Positions 18,038 through 27,892 of a stretch of 64,000 nucleotides of DNA are shown piece by piece; positions within the stretch are counted from its first letter, which is position 1, and each line of letters opens with the position of its first letter. The notes beneath the pieces were generated by a model that was given only the letters and a program-made list of their open reading frames with translations, made no database searches and was not told where the DNA came from. Both the position numbers and the translations under genes were made by a program. The stretch comes from Nitrospirota bacterium (GTDB taxonomy: Bacteria > Nitrospirota > Nitrospiria > 2-01-FULL-66-17). The DNA is taken from assembly GCA_049325335.1 (NCBI GenBank), contig JBMOMC010000002.1, positions 256,001 to 320,000 of the forward strand. The letters run 5' to 3'.

Positions 18038-18766
18038 ACGGAAATCGGCCCGACAAAACTAGACGAATACGCGGCCAAGCGCGCCCACTATCAAATCGGG
18101 GACGTCGCGGGTCGGTACGACGCCGAGCGGTGGACCAAGGGCACCAGGCGCTGGAGCAATCGCCGGAAGTTTCTCGCGATCAGCAAGGCGCTTGCGTTGG
18201 CGCGTCGATTGGGCGGGTCGGTGCGGACCGCGCTCGACTGCCCCTGCGGCACGGGGCGGATTCTCCCGCTGCTGTCCGCCGAGAAGCTGCGCGTGGTGGG
18301 GTCCGATTTGTCGTTGGAAATGATGGGGCAAATTCGCCGCAAGTCATTCGACTCGTCGTCCGCGCTCCGGGGGTTGGTTCGGGGCGACGCCGAGCGTCTG
18401 CCATACCGCGACAACGGGTTCGACGTGGTGCTGAGCATCCGGTTCTTGTTCCATCTGCCGACCGACGTGCGCCGGCGCATCGTGCGGGAGATGGCGCGGG
18501 TCAGCCGCGAGTGGTTGATCCTGGACTACCGGCACAAATACACGCTCAAGTACGCGCTCAAGCGGCTCAAACATGCGCTCGGGATGTCTCGCGAGGAGTA
18601 CCGGCGCGTGTCCCGGGCGGACATTGACGCGGATTTTCGCGCCGCGGGCATCGACTTGGTCAAAATTTTCCCGACTGTGCCCGGGTTGTCGGACAAGTGG
18701 GTGATCCTCGCTCGCAAGGTGCCATCGTGTGGCTCGTCATCGACGACCGATACCGCGACCTTCTAA
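18038..18766 (+). CDS. Class I SAM-dependent methyltransferase (apparent ACG start at 18038; first canonical start is TTG 18197)
   Basis: LDCPCGTGR motif I, GSDLS..M, GDAERLPY.DNGFD; the frame is open upstream to 18038. Confidence 0.78.
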   Translation, partial: TEIGPTKLDEYAAKRAHYQIGDVAGRYDAERWTKGTRRWSNRRKFLAISKALALARRLGGSVRTALDCPCGTGRILPLLSAEKLRVVGSDLSLEMMGQIRRKSFDSSSALRGLVRGDAERLPYRDNGFDVVLSIRFLFHLPTDVRRRIVREMARVSREWLILDYRHKYTLKYALKRLKHALGMSREEYRRVSRADIDADFRAAGIDLVKIFPTVPGLSDKWVILARKVPSCGSSSTTDTATF

Positions 18767-19581
18767 GCCGAGCGGGGTTTAACGCGTTCGCGGACTTCAT
18801 GGCGTTCAGTGGCGGAGACGTGATCAAGCGCCTGCCCAACAAGACGATCATGCGTATGGAGGTGGCGTCTCCGGCGGGTCCCCGGCGGTATTTTCTCAAG
18901 CGCCATACCGGGCCCGTGCGGTGGGGCGAACGCCTCCGGGCGCTGTGCTCGGGGTTTGCCCCGTCGTGGGGCCGCAAAGAGTGGGAAGTGATTCGCGCGT
19001 TTCAGCAGGCCGGGATCCCGACCATGACGCCGGTCGCGGCCGGGGAGCGGAGGTCCGGTCGGGGATGCGAGTCGTTCGTGATGACCGAAGAGTTGACCGG
19101 GTTTCGGTCGCTGGAGGCGCTCGTGCCCTCGCGGTATTCGCTTCCGCTCGATTCCGCCGCGGTGAGGGGAAAACGCGCGTTCATTCGCCAAGTCGCTGAT
19201 CTGACCCGGCGTCTTCACGGGGCGGGATTCAACCACCGCGATTGGTACCTGTGCCATATTTTCGCGCGCCGGGAAGAGGACGAGACGTGGTCCCTGCGAG
19301 TGCTCGACCTGCAGCGCGTGGATCGGCGACGCTGGTTTCGGCGGCGGTGGATCGTGAAAGATCTGGCCGCGCTGAACTACTCCGCGCCGCCGGGGGTCGT
19401 GACCGCCAGCGACCGCGTGCGTTTTTTGAAGGCCTATCTCAATGAGTCGGGCGCTTTGCGCACGCACCGCGCATTGATCGGGGCGATCGTCCGCAAAACC
19501 GCGCGCATTCGCCGGCACGACGCGCGGCTCAAACACAAGCGGCAGTCGTCCCAGGCGGCCGCCGCGTCGTCGGCCACATGA
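18697..19581 (+). CDS. Lipopolysaccharide core kinase (WaaP/InaA family)
   Basis: YFLKRH, HRDWYLCH, LDLQR, KDLAALNYS. Confidence 0.85.
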   Translation: MGDPRSQGAIVWLVIDDRYRDLLSRAGFNAFADFMAFSGGDVIKRLPNKTIMRMEVASPAGPRRYFLKRHTGPVRWGERLRALCSGFAPSWGRKEWEVIRAFQQAGIPTMTPVAAGERRSGRGCESFVMTEELTGFRSLEALVPSRYSLPLDSAAVRGKRAFIRQVADLTRRLHGAGFNHRDWYLCHIFARREEDETWSLRVLDLQRVDRRRWFRRRWIVKDLAALNYSAPPGVVTASDRVRFLKAYLNESGALRTHRALIGAIVRKTARIRRHDARLKHKRQSSQAAAASSAT

Positions 19582-20750
19582 AGATCGCGATCATCCGAAA
19601 GAAATACAATCCCTTCGGCGGGGCGGAGCGGTACCTGAATCTCCTATCCACCTCGCTGACGCGGTCCGGCCACGAGGTCCACGTCTACGCCAACCAGTGG
19701 TCGACGGCCGTTGACTCGCACGTCACGGTGCATCACGTCCCGATGATCGGAGGGCTCTCCCTGCTGAAGGTGTGGAGTTTCGCGCTCGCCGCGCTTGTGA
19801 TCGTGAAGCCGTCGGAGTACGACGCGATTCTGAGCAACGAGCGGCTGTTGTCGCACGACGTCTTCCGCGTGTCCGACGGCGTGCATCGCACGTGGCTTGC
19901 CATACGCTGGCGACACGCGGGGTTGGTCAAGCGGCTCTCCTTTCTGCTCAATCCCCTCCACTGGTCCGTGCGATTTCTGGATTGGCGGGTGTTTAGTCGC
20001 CGGCGCTTTCGGACGATCATTGCGCCGTCCGAGTTCATCAAGCGGGATATCCTCGCGACGTACCCGCGCGTTCGAGCGGATGACGTGCGTGTCGTCTATA
20101 ATGGCGTGGATCTCGACCGGTTTCGACCCGAGAACAAGACCCGGTTTCGGGACGAGATCCGCCGCGAACTCGGATTGGGCGCGCGGCAGCCCGTGCTGCT
20201 GTTCGTGGGAACCGGATTCGAGCGCAAGGGGTTACGCTACGCCATCGAAGCGCTGCGGCACCTCCCCCCTGAAACGGTTCTGATCGTGATCGGGAAGGGG
20301 CGGGCGCGGTGGTATCGCGCGCAGGCGCGCACGTGGGGCGTGGCCGAGCGTGTCCTGTTTCTGGGTCCGCGCGATGGAACCGAGGCCTATTACGCGGCGT
20401 GCGATGTCCTGGTCTTCCCCACGCTCTACGAGCCGATGGGCAACGTGGTGCTGGAAGCCCTTGCGTCGGGTATCCCGGTCGTCACCAGCCGGTGGTCCGG
20501 GAGCGCGGAGGTCCTCTCGGAGGGCAAGGACGGGTGGATGATCGACGATCCCACCGACCCGCGGAGCGTGGCGACCCAAGCGGCCGCCGCGATCAAAGGG
20601 GCCGAGTCAACCGATACCGAACGACAGGCGCGGATGAAGGCCGAGCGTTTTGACCTGTCCGTCACGGTCCGGAACGTGGTCGAGGTGCTTGCGGGAATGG
20701 ATCGACCCGATGGCGATCGTACTCGACGATCGGGCGTTATGTGCGCCTGA
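19578..20750 (+). CDS. Glycosyltransferase family 4 (WaaG-like core glucosyltransferase)
   Basis: YNPFGGAERY, GTGFERKG, YEPMGNVVLEA. Confidence 0.85.
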   Translation: MKIAIIRKKYNPFGGAERYLNLLSTSLTRSGHEVHVYANQWSTAVDSHVTVHHVPMIGGLSLLKVWSFALAALVIVKPSEYDAILSNERLLSHDVFRVSDGVHRTWLAIRWRHAGLVKRLSFLLNPLHWSVRFLDWRVFSRRRFRTIIAPSEFIKRDILATYPRVRADDVRVVYNGVDLDRFRPENKTRFRDEIRRELGLGARQPVLLFVGTGFERKGLRYAIEALRHLPPETVLIVIGKGRARWYRAQARTWGVAERVLFLGPRDGTEAYYAACDVLVFPTLYEPMGNVVLEALASGIPVVTSRWSGSAEVLSEGKDGWMIDDPTDPRSVATQAAAAIKGAESTDTERQARMKAERFDLSVTVRNVVEVLAGMDRPDGDRTRRSGVMCA

Positions 20751-20880
20751 CGTCACAACGTCCGATTGAGGACGTCCGGTCCGGGTGTTCCAGTCGGGTC
20801 GCCGTGCGACCGGTTTCGCCGCTTGTGACGGCGGGCCGGTAACTGCAAAATCACGCACGAATGGGTGGAGGTGGTCAAGG

Positions 20881-22779
20881 GTGAATGACAAGAGGTCTTC
20901 GTCGCTGAATCGTCGCGAGAGAACGCGAGCCCTCTGGCTCTTCGTCGCCGCCAACGTCGCGTTGTCGCTCTGGATCGCGTCGCCGTATCTCGAGTTCGGG
21001 CCATTGCGCGGGGAGTGGGGGGCGTGGGCCTTCACGCGCGTGGCGTTTCTCTCCCACTTCGCGACACTGGCCATTCTGCTCGGCCTGGTCCTCTGGCCGT
21101 TGGTCGCGTTGTTCTCATCGCGAACCGTGTTGCTGACGGCTCCGCCCCTCCTGATGTTCTTGTATCAATTCATTCTCATATTGGATGTGCGGATCTACGC
21201 CCTGTTCCGATTTCACCTGAATGGCTTGGTGCTCAACACGCTGACCACCGAGGGGTCGTGGGATTCGGTCACGCTCGGGCGGAGCACGATCCTTACCTCC
21301 GTGGTTGTCCTGGCCGCACTGGCGCTGGCCGAGTGGGCGGCGATGTACGCGATCCTTCGCGCGCTCGTGCGGCGTGGTGGTCCCGCGCGGTCGCGTCGAT
21401 GGGCGCCCGCGATCGTGGCGGTATTTGTGTTGGTTGTGGCGACCGACAAACTGGGATTCGCCTACGCGAACTTCCACGACAAGCTGGAAGTTACGCGGTA
21501 CCAGCGGCTGTTTCCTCTGTACCGGACGTTGTTGCTGGACAAATCCTTTGAGAAATATCTGGGGTGGAAAAAGCCGGCCGCGATGCCCACCGCCGCGATC
21601 CCAGGGGGCGGGCTCCTGCGCTACCCGCTGGGCGACGTCGTGGTCGACGAGACCGGACCGCCCTGGAACATCGTCTGGATCGCCGTGGAATCTTGGAGGT
21701 CCGACACGTTTAATGATGAGCTGACCCCGCACGTAGCGGCGTTCGGCCGGCGGGCCAAGGTGTTCGACCGGCATTTCAGCGGAGGCAACGCCACACGGTT
21801 CGGGATCTTCTCGCTCTTCTACGGGCTCTACGGGTCGTACTGGCACCAGTTCCTGGCGGAACGGCGTTCGCCCGTGTTTCTGGACGTGCTGCAGCAACGC
21901 AACTACGAATTCCTGATCGCCTCGAGCACGCAACTGTCCTATCCCGAATTTCGCGACACTGCGTTCGTGAAGCTTCCGCCCGAGGTCATCAACGATCGCC
22001 TCCCGGCCGACAGTGCGGTGGCGCGCGACGCCCTTATGGCAGACAAGTTCGACGCCTTCCTAGCAGACCGGAAGACGGATCAGCCGTTTTTCGCGTTCCT
22101 GTTCCCGGACTCGCCGCACGCCCCGTATCACTTCCCCCCGGAATTCGAGCAATACCGCCCGGTGACCGATCAAATCAACTATGCCCTCCTCAAGAAGGGG
22201 GGCGACCGCGCCGAGACCACGGGACTGTTCAACCGGTACCGAAACTCCGTGCTCTACGTTGATTCGATCATCGGGCGCATGCTCGACAGCCTCGACAAAC
22301 GGGGTTTGCTCGACCGGACGATCGTGGTGATCACCGGCGACCATGGCCAGGAGTTCTTCGAAACCGGATATCTTGGCCACAACAGCACATTCTCGACGTA
22401 TCAGAGTCAGGTGCCGTTGATTCTGTATTGGCCCGGGGTGACGCCGGGCCGGGACTCGCGGTTGACCAGTCACGTCGATATCGTGCCGACCATGTTCGCC
22501 CTCTTGGGCATCAAGGCGGCGCCGAAGTCGTACTCGCAAGGGATCTCCCTGGTGGAGGGGGGAATCCATCCTTTTGTCGTGGTCAGCGGGTGGGACACGT
22601 TGGGTTTGGTCGACGACCGTTCGACATTGGTTCTGTCGACCGAGTCCTACAATGCCGGCATGATCGAAGTGCGTCTGCCGCCGGGATATGTGTTGGCCGA
22701 CGACCCCCGGCGCATCCTGTCGGAACGCGCCCCGCAGTTGGGGGAACTGACCCGGGGTCTCGGCGAATTCCTTCGGTGA
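20881..22779 (+). CDS. DUF3413 + sulfatase-domain inner membrane protein (YejM/PbgA/LapC-like)
   Basis: About five N-terminal TM helices with D.RIY..FRFHLNG, then HFSGGNATRFGIFSLFYG, TGDHGQEF, LTSHVDIVPT; GTG 20881 with SD ggagg. Confidence 0.8.
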   Translation: MNDKRSSSLNRRERTRALWLFVAANVALSLWIASPYLEFGPLRGEWGAWAFTRVAFLSHFATLAILLGLVLWPLVALFSSRTVLLTAPPLLMFLYQFILILDVRIYALFRFHLNGLVLNTLTTEGSWDSVTLGRSTILTSVVVLAALALAEWAAMYAILRALVRRGGPARSRRWAPAIVAVFVLVVATDKLGFAYANFHDKLEVTRYQRLFPLYRTLLLDKSFEKYLGWKKPAAMPTAAIPGGGLLRYPLGDVVVDETGPPWNIVWIAVESWRSDTFNDELTPHVAAFGRRAKVFDRHFSGGNATRFGIFSLFYGLYGSYWHQFLAERRSPVFLDVLQQRNYEFLIASSTQLSYPEFRDTAFVKLPPEVINDRLPADSAVARDALMADKFDAFLADRKTDQPFFAFLFPDSPHAPYHFPPEFEQYRPVTDQINYALLKKGGDRAETTGLFNRYRNSVLYVDSIIGRMLDSLDKRGLLDRTIVVITGDHGQEFFETGYLGHNSTFSTYQSQVPLILYWPGVTPGRDSRLTSHVDIVPTMFALLGIKAAPKSYSQGISLVEGGIHPFVVVSGWDTLGLVDDRSTLVLSTESYNAGMIEVRLPPGYVLADDPRRILSERAPQLGELTRGLGEFLR

Positions 22780-22782
22780 TCC

Positions 22783-23949
22783 TTGCAGGCTAGTGCGGCC
22801 AAACTGCACGTCCTGCATACCGAATCCAGTCGAAACTGGGGGGGGCAGGAGTATCGAATCCTCGACCAAATCCGGTGGCTATTGGGTCACGGGCACGAGG
22901 CGGCGCTCGCCGCGCCGGAGGACAGCGAGATTTTGGCGCGGGCTCGGAGGGAAGGGCTCCCCGCGCATGCGGTCAATTTCCGCGGGAGCTATTCGCCGAC
23001 GGCGATTGCGCATCTTCGCCGTCTGATACGACGTGGCAGATTTGACGTGGTGGACGTCCACGGCGCCCATGACGCCACGACGGGCGGATGCGCTCGCGAC
23101 ATCAGTTGCATCGTTCGGAGTCTTCACGTCTATACTCCGCAGAAGAATTCCGGACTACGACGACTGAGTTGGCGGTGGCTCTGCCACCACGCCATTGCGA
23201 CAGCCGAGTGTATCAAGCGCCAGTTGGTGATGCTGCGGTTCAAGAGCGCCGAACGGATCAGCGTGGTTGGGGAGTGGGCGGGCGCCGAGTTCTTCGATGA
23301 TCGCCGGACCGCTCAGGCCAGGTCCGATGTGCGGAGGGAGTTGGGGTTGGCTTCGGACAGCGTGCTGTTCGCCGTCATCGGGATGCTTCGTCCCGACAAA
23401 GGCCAGATCCACTTCATTCGGGCTGCGGCTCATTATTTGAAATCACATCGAGACGCGTATTTTCTGATCGTGGGAAGCGCGACCCGCCAACACGGAGCGT
23501 ATGAGCAGGCGCTTCGTGAAACGGCCCACCAATTGGGCGTAGGGCAGCGGGTGCTATTCACCGGGTATCGTGAGGACGTGGCTCGCATCATGCGGGCGAC
23601 CGATGCCGTCGTGATCACGTCCACGACCGTGGAAGCCCAGTCGAGAGTGGCGCCTCAGGCCTTTGCCTGCGGCATCCCCGTCCTTGCCGGGCGAGTGGGC
23701 GGCGTGCCGGAGTTAGTGGTGCATCAGGAGACCGGGTGGTTGGTGGATGTGGGGGACGACGTCGGTTTTGCGAAGGGGCTGTCGACGATCATATCCGACC
23801 GCGGCGAGACCGACCGCATTGTGAAGAACGCCCGCCATCTGGCGGAGCACCGGCTGACCATCGATTGTAAGATGCGTGAAACCATTACGGCATACGAACG
23901 GGCGCGGCTCCGTGGCGGGCCTTCCGTGCGTGCCGCTGCAACGGCGTGA
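22783..23949 (+). CDS. Glycosyltransferase family 4
   Basis: HTESSRNWGGQEYR, IGMLRPDKG, EAQSRVAPQA, VGGVPE. Confidence 0.88.
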   Translation: MQASAAKLHVLHTESSRNWGGQEYRILDQIRWLLGHGHEAALAAPEDSEILARARREGLPAHAVNFRGSYSPTAIAHLRRLIRRGRFDVVDVHGAHDATTGGCARDISCIVRSLHVYTPQKNSGLRRLSWRWLCHHAIATAECIKRQLVMLRFKSAERISVVGEWAGAEFFDDRRTAQARSDVRRELGLASDSVLFAVIGMLRPDKGQIHFIRAAAHYLKSHRDAYFLIVGSATRQHGAYEQALRETAHQLGVGQRVLFTGYREDVARIMRATDAVVITSTTVEAQSRVAPQAFACGIPVLAGRVGGVPELVVHQETGWLVDVGDDVGFAKGLSTIISDRGETDRIVKNARHLAEHRLTIDCKMRETITAYERARLRGGPSVRAAATA

Positions 23950-25034
23950 TGGGGACGGAACGGACTCGCGTGGTGGCGGCAGCGCCGGTTCGATCGATCC
24001 TACTGTTTAAGCTTCGGTATGTCGGCGACGTGGTGCTGACCACCCCGGCGATTCGGTTGATTCGCCGCGCCTGCCCGAACGCCACGTTGACCGCGGTGGT
24101 GTTCCGGGGCGCGGAGGACGCGCTTCGGCACAACCCGCACATCGATGCCGTGGTGACCGTGGACCGCGGGCTCATTGAGCGCGGGGGGATCGGGGCACGG
24201 TGGCGCCACGAACTGACGATGCTCAAGCAATTGCGCGCCACGCGCGCCGACGCGTCACTCGACTTTGACAGCGGGGAGCGCGGCGCGTACATGGCGTGGC
24301 TCGCGGGCGTGCCCACGCGCATCGGATTTCGCTACTCACGGGGCGTGCGGCCGTGGCTGTTTACCGTTCAGGTAGCGGTCGCTCCCACGCTGCACACCGT
24401 CGAACGCAACCTCCGCCTGGTTGAAGAAGCGTTCGGCGTGACTCGCAAGGACGAGCGCCTGGAAATCTTCCCGAGCGAGGAGGACGAGCGGGCGGTGGAT
24501 CGCTGGCTGCGCGAGCACGCGCCGGGCGGGCGCTACGCGGTCATCCATCCCGGCGCGCGGTTCGCGTTTAAGCAGTGGCCGTTCGAGAAATGGGCCGCGC
24601 TCATCGACCGTCTTCAGAATGAGTCGGGTGTCCAGGTGGTACTCGCGGGCGGGCCCGACGATCACACGGCACTCGAGGGCATCACTGCGCGCGCCGCGAG
24701 ACCCCCGATTTCGTTTACCGGTAAGACGCTCCTCCAGTTCGCCCTATTGTGCAGACGCGCGAGCGCGTTCATCGGCAACGACAGCGGCCCCGCGCACATT
24801 GCAGCGGCGGCCGGAACGCGTGTCGTGGCCCTGTTCGGTCCCACGGATCCCGCGATGTGGGGGCCGTGGGGAGACGGCCACGAGGTGGTGTCGAACCGAT
24901 CGCCTGATCTGTCGAGCGCGTCGGGCTGTGTCGAGGGCTGCGCGTGCAGCGGGCTCCATGCGATCACCGTCCAGACCGTATACGCGGCCGCGGTCCGTGC
25001 ATTGGCGGGATCAGAACCGCGGGTGGCGCGGTGA
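23946..25034 (+). CDS. Lipopolysaccharide heptosyltransferase III-like (GT9, WaaQ/RfaQ-like)
   Basis: KLRYVGDVVLTTP, HPGAR..FKQW, GNDSGPAHIAAA. Confidence 0.8.
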   Translation: MMGTERTRVVAAAPVRSILLFKLRYVGDVVLTTPAIRLIRRACPNATLTAVVFRGAEDALRHNPHIDAVVTVDRGLIERGGIGARWRHELTMLKQLRATRADASLDFDSGERGAYMAWLAGVPTRIGFRYSRGVRPWLFTVQVAVAPTLHTVERNLRLVEEAFGVTRKDERLEIFPSEEDERAVDRWLREHAPGGRYAVIHPGARFAFKQWPFEKWAALIDRLQNESGVQVVLAGGPDDHTALEGITARAARPPISFTGKTLLQFALLCRRASAFIGNDSGPAHIAAAAGTRVVALFGPTDPAMWGPWGDGHEVVSNRSPDLSSASGCVEGCACSGLHAITVQTVYAAAVRALAGSEPRVAR

Positions 25035-26314
25035 ACCAGAGCCACGCGCTGGAGCGCGCGTCGTTCTGGCTGTTGGCGACGCTCTTATTCGTGTTGCCGA
25101 TCGTTGAAGTGCCGAAGACCGTTGCCGCGTGGTTGTTTATCATCGTGTCTTGGTGGAGCGCGTCCTCGCGCAACGCGGGGCGACGGCCCGACGCGTTCGG
25201 GTGGGCCTTGCTCGGCGTGGTGACCGCGTCGCTGGCGAGCACGGCGATCAACTGGCCGTTTCCCAACAAGGCCAAGGGGCTGTATGACACGGCCGTGTAC
25301 GCGGTCGTTGGGTGGGGCGTGTACCGCCGTGGGTGGACCGACCAGCAGGCGCGATGGCTGGCATGGGCCGCGGTGTCGGGTGTTGTGGTGGGAGTTGCGT
25401 GGAGCGCGGCTGACGTGGTCCGCGGTTCCGCCGCGGTTTTGCGGCTTCACTCCGTGGGGCTGTACCCCAGCTCATCGATATACCTTGGCGTCGTGCTGAT
25501 GATCACGGTCGCGTTGGCCGCAACACACACCCGTTGGCGGTGGTGGGGGTGGACGATTCTGTCGGGCGCGTTCTTCGCTGCGCTCCTGTTGATGAGCAGT
25601 CGCGGGGGGATCCTTGCCTCGGTATTGGCCGTCGGCATGTGGCTGCTGCTCATCAGGCCCGCTCGAATCTGGGTTGCCGCGGTAGCCGTGGCCGTGGTAT
25701 CGGTGGCGGTCTGGCCGAACCTATTGCAATCCCAGCCGGCATTTCAGAAGATGGCCGCGTTGGTCGCGACACGACACCTCAGCGATAGCGACATGCTGCG
25801 CGTGACCATGTGGCGGATCGGCGCGGCGCAGGTCGTTCGAGGTGGGTCACCCTGGTTCGGGGTGGGCCCGCGGAATTTTTCAAGCCTCGACCCGTCGAGG
25901 CTCGGCGTCGAGAGGCCGGCCGCGACCGCCGGAGTGCCGGTCATTCATGCACATAACCTTTTTCTGACCAAAGCGGCCGAAGAAGGGTTAGTCGGGTTGA
26001 TGGCGATGCTCGCCCTGTTCGGCGTGGTGGCGCACCGCCTCACGCGCGACTGGCTTGCCGGCCGTGCGCTCGATTGGCGCTGGGGCGCGGCATGGGGCGC
26101 ACTCCTTATTCCCGTGATTGGGGGCTCGTTCAACACGCCGTGGTACCAGGAGCACGCGCTGCTCGCGATGATCTGGTTCGGCCTCTACCTGGGATCGCGG
26201 CACGCCGGCGCTGTGAGGCCTTACCAGTCTCCGGGAACGGGCGGAACGGCGCCGTTGAACCAGAACCGGGCATCGGCCGGTCAACTTGCTTCGCCGGAAG
26301 CGACTCTGCTATAA
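25031..26314 (+). CDS. waaL: O-antigen ligase family protein
   Basis: Multiple TM helices, SSRGG, R..MW, WFGVGPRNF, HAHNLFL. Confidence 0.82.
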   Translation: MNQSHALERASFWLLATLLFVLPIVEVPKTVAAWLFIIVSWWSASSRNAGRRPDAFGWALLGVVTASLASTAINWPFPNKAKGLYDTAVYAVVGWGVYRRGWTDQQARWLAWAAVSGVVVGVAWSAADVVRGSAAVLRLHSVGLYPSSSIYLGVVLMITVALAATHTRWRWWGWTILSGAFFAALLLMSSRGGILASVLAVGMWLLLIRPARIWVAAVAVAVVSVAVWPNLLQSQPAFQKMAALVATRHLSDSDMLRVTMWRIGAAQVVRGGSPWFGVGPRNFSSLDPSRLGVERPAATAGVPVIHAHNLFLTKAAEEGLVGLMAMLALFGVVAHRLTRDWLAGRALDWRWGAAWGALLIPVIGGSFNTPWYQEHALLAMIWFGLYLGSRHAGAVRPYQSPGTGGTAPLNQNRASAGQLASPEATLL

Positions 26315-26315
26315 G
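26286..26315 (+). promoter_or_regulatory. Candidate sigma70 promoter TTGCTT-N18-TATAAG with extended -10 TGc, 6 nt before ATG 26322
   Basis: Motif read directly from the sequence. Confidence 0.45.
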
Positions 26316-26321
26316 GGCCGT

Positions 26322-27830
26322 ATGATCCGGACCAGTCGAACGAATGATGCCTTGCCCATTCTCTTCGGGACTTCGGGCTGGCGAGCGGTCATTGCGGATC
26401 AATTCACGTTCGACCACGTCGCGCTTGTCACCCGGGCGATCGCGGATTACCTGGATACCCACGCAGGTATTGATCAGCCGGTTATCGTAGGCTACGACAC
26501 GCGGTTTCTGGCGGATCGGTTTGCCCGTTGCGCCGCGGACGTGCTGGCCGCGCAAGGCCGGCGCGTGTTGTTGGCCGACCGCGACGTGCCCACGCCGGTG
26601 GTGGCACACGCGATCCTGCACCGGCGGGCGGCCGGCGGGGTCAATCTGACCGCCAGTCACAATCCCCCGGAGTATTGCGGGATCAAATTTTCCCCGGCAT
26701 GGGGCGGCCCGGCGCTTCCGGACGCCACTCGGTGGATCGAAGCGCGGATCGCGGCGCTTCGGGACCAGGACGACGGCGCATCGGTTCAATCGACCGGGTC
26801 GATCGAAGACTTCAGCCCGCGCGACGCGTATCTCGCCCATGTGAACACAGTGATCGACTTCCCCGCGATTCGCGCCGCCAAACTGCGCGTGGCGGTGGAT
26901 GTGCTCCACGGGACCGCGCGTGGGTACCTCGACGCCCTGCTCGCGGCCGAGGGGTGCGACGTCGCGGTCTTGCACGATCGTCTTGATCCCCTCTTCGGCG
27001 GGAGCGCGCCTGACCCGTCCGAGCGGCGGTTGACCGAGCTGTCGGCGCTTGTGCGTGACGGGCGGTACCACCTCGGGGTGGCGACCGACGGCGATGCGGA
27101 CCGGTTCGGCGTGGTGGACGCGGACGGGGCATACATCAGCGCGAACGAAGTGCTGGCGTTGGTGGTGGATTATCTGATCCGAACCCGCGGCGCACAAGGC
27201 GGGGTGGCGCGTTCGGTGGCGACCAGTCACTTGGTGGACGCGGTGGCCGCGCGCCACGGCCGCCCGGTCTATGAGACCGGAGTGGGATTTAAGTACATCG
27301 GTCGGTTGATCGCGGAGGGGAAGCTCGTGGCGGGGGGCGAGGAGGCACAGGGTCTGACTATCGGCGGGCACGTTCCGGACAAGGACGGCATTCTGACGTG
27401 TCTGCTGCTCGTGGAAATGGTCGCGAAAACCGGCAAACCGTTGCGAATCCAACTCGAAGAGTTGGTCGCCACGGTCGGTCCCCGGTATTACCTGCGCGTA
27501 GACCGGCCCGTGTCGCCGGGCGGCGTCGATCAACTACGCGAGCGGCTGGGACGGCTCTCAGGTATCGGCGATTTCCCCATTGTCCGGCGGATCGAGGTGG
27601 AGGGCGTCGCCAAACTGTACGTGGATGACTCCAGTTGGGTGATCATCCGGCCGTCCGGGACCGAGCCCGTGGTCCGCGTATACGCGGAATCCACGTCGCC
27701 CGAGCGGGCCGAGGCGTTACTCGCCGCGGGTATTACGCTCACGGATTCAGCACCCGCTTCCGACGAGGCGGAACCCGTGCTGGCCTCATCGCATGATCGC
27801 TCATACCGAAAGGGTACGCTCCACCGGTAA
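26322..27830 (+). CDS. Phosphoglucomutase/phosphomannomutase
   Basis: FGTSGWR, TASHNP, DGDADR, GGEE, RPSGTEP. Confidence 0.92.
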   Translation: MIRTSRTNDALPILFGTSGWRAVIADQFTFDHVALVTRAIADYLDTHAGIDQPVIVGYDTRFLADRFARCAADVLAAQGRRVLLADRDVPTPVVAHAILHRRAAGGVNLTASHNPPEYCGIKFSPAWGGPALPDATRWIEARIAALRDQDDGASVQSTGSIEDFSPRDAYLAHVNTVIDFPAIRAAKLRVAVDVLHGTARGYLDALLAAEGCDVAVLHDRLDPLFGGSAPDPSERRLTELSALVRDGRYHLGVATDGDADRFGVVDADGAYISANEVLALVVDYLIRTRGAQGGVARSVATSHLVDAVAARHGRPVYETGVGFKYIGRLIAEGKLVAGGEEAQGLTIGGHVPDKDGILTCLLLVEMVAKTGKPLRIQLEELVATVGPRYYLRVDRPVSPGGVDQLRERLGRLSGIGDFPIVRRIEVEGVAKLYVDDSSWVIIRPSGTEPVVRVYAESTSPERAEALLAAGITLTDSAPASDEAEPVLASSHDRSYRKGTLHR

Positions 27831-27892
27831 GGACGGCGTCGACTCCACCGCAACACGGTAACTGACCATCTCGTCACAGGGAGTGTGGGAGG

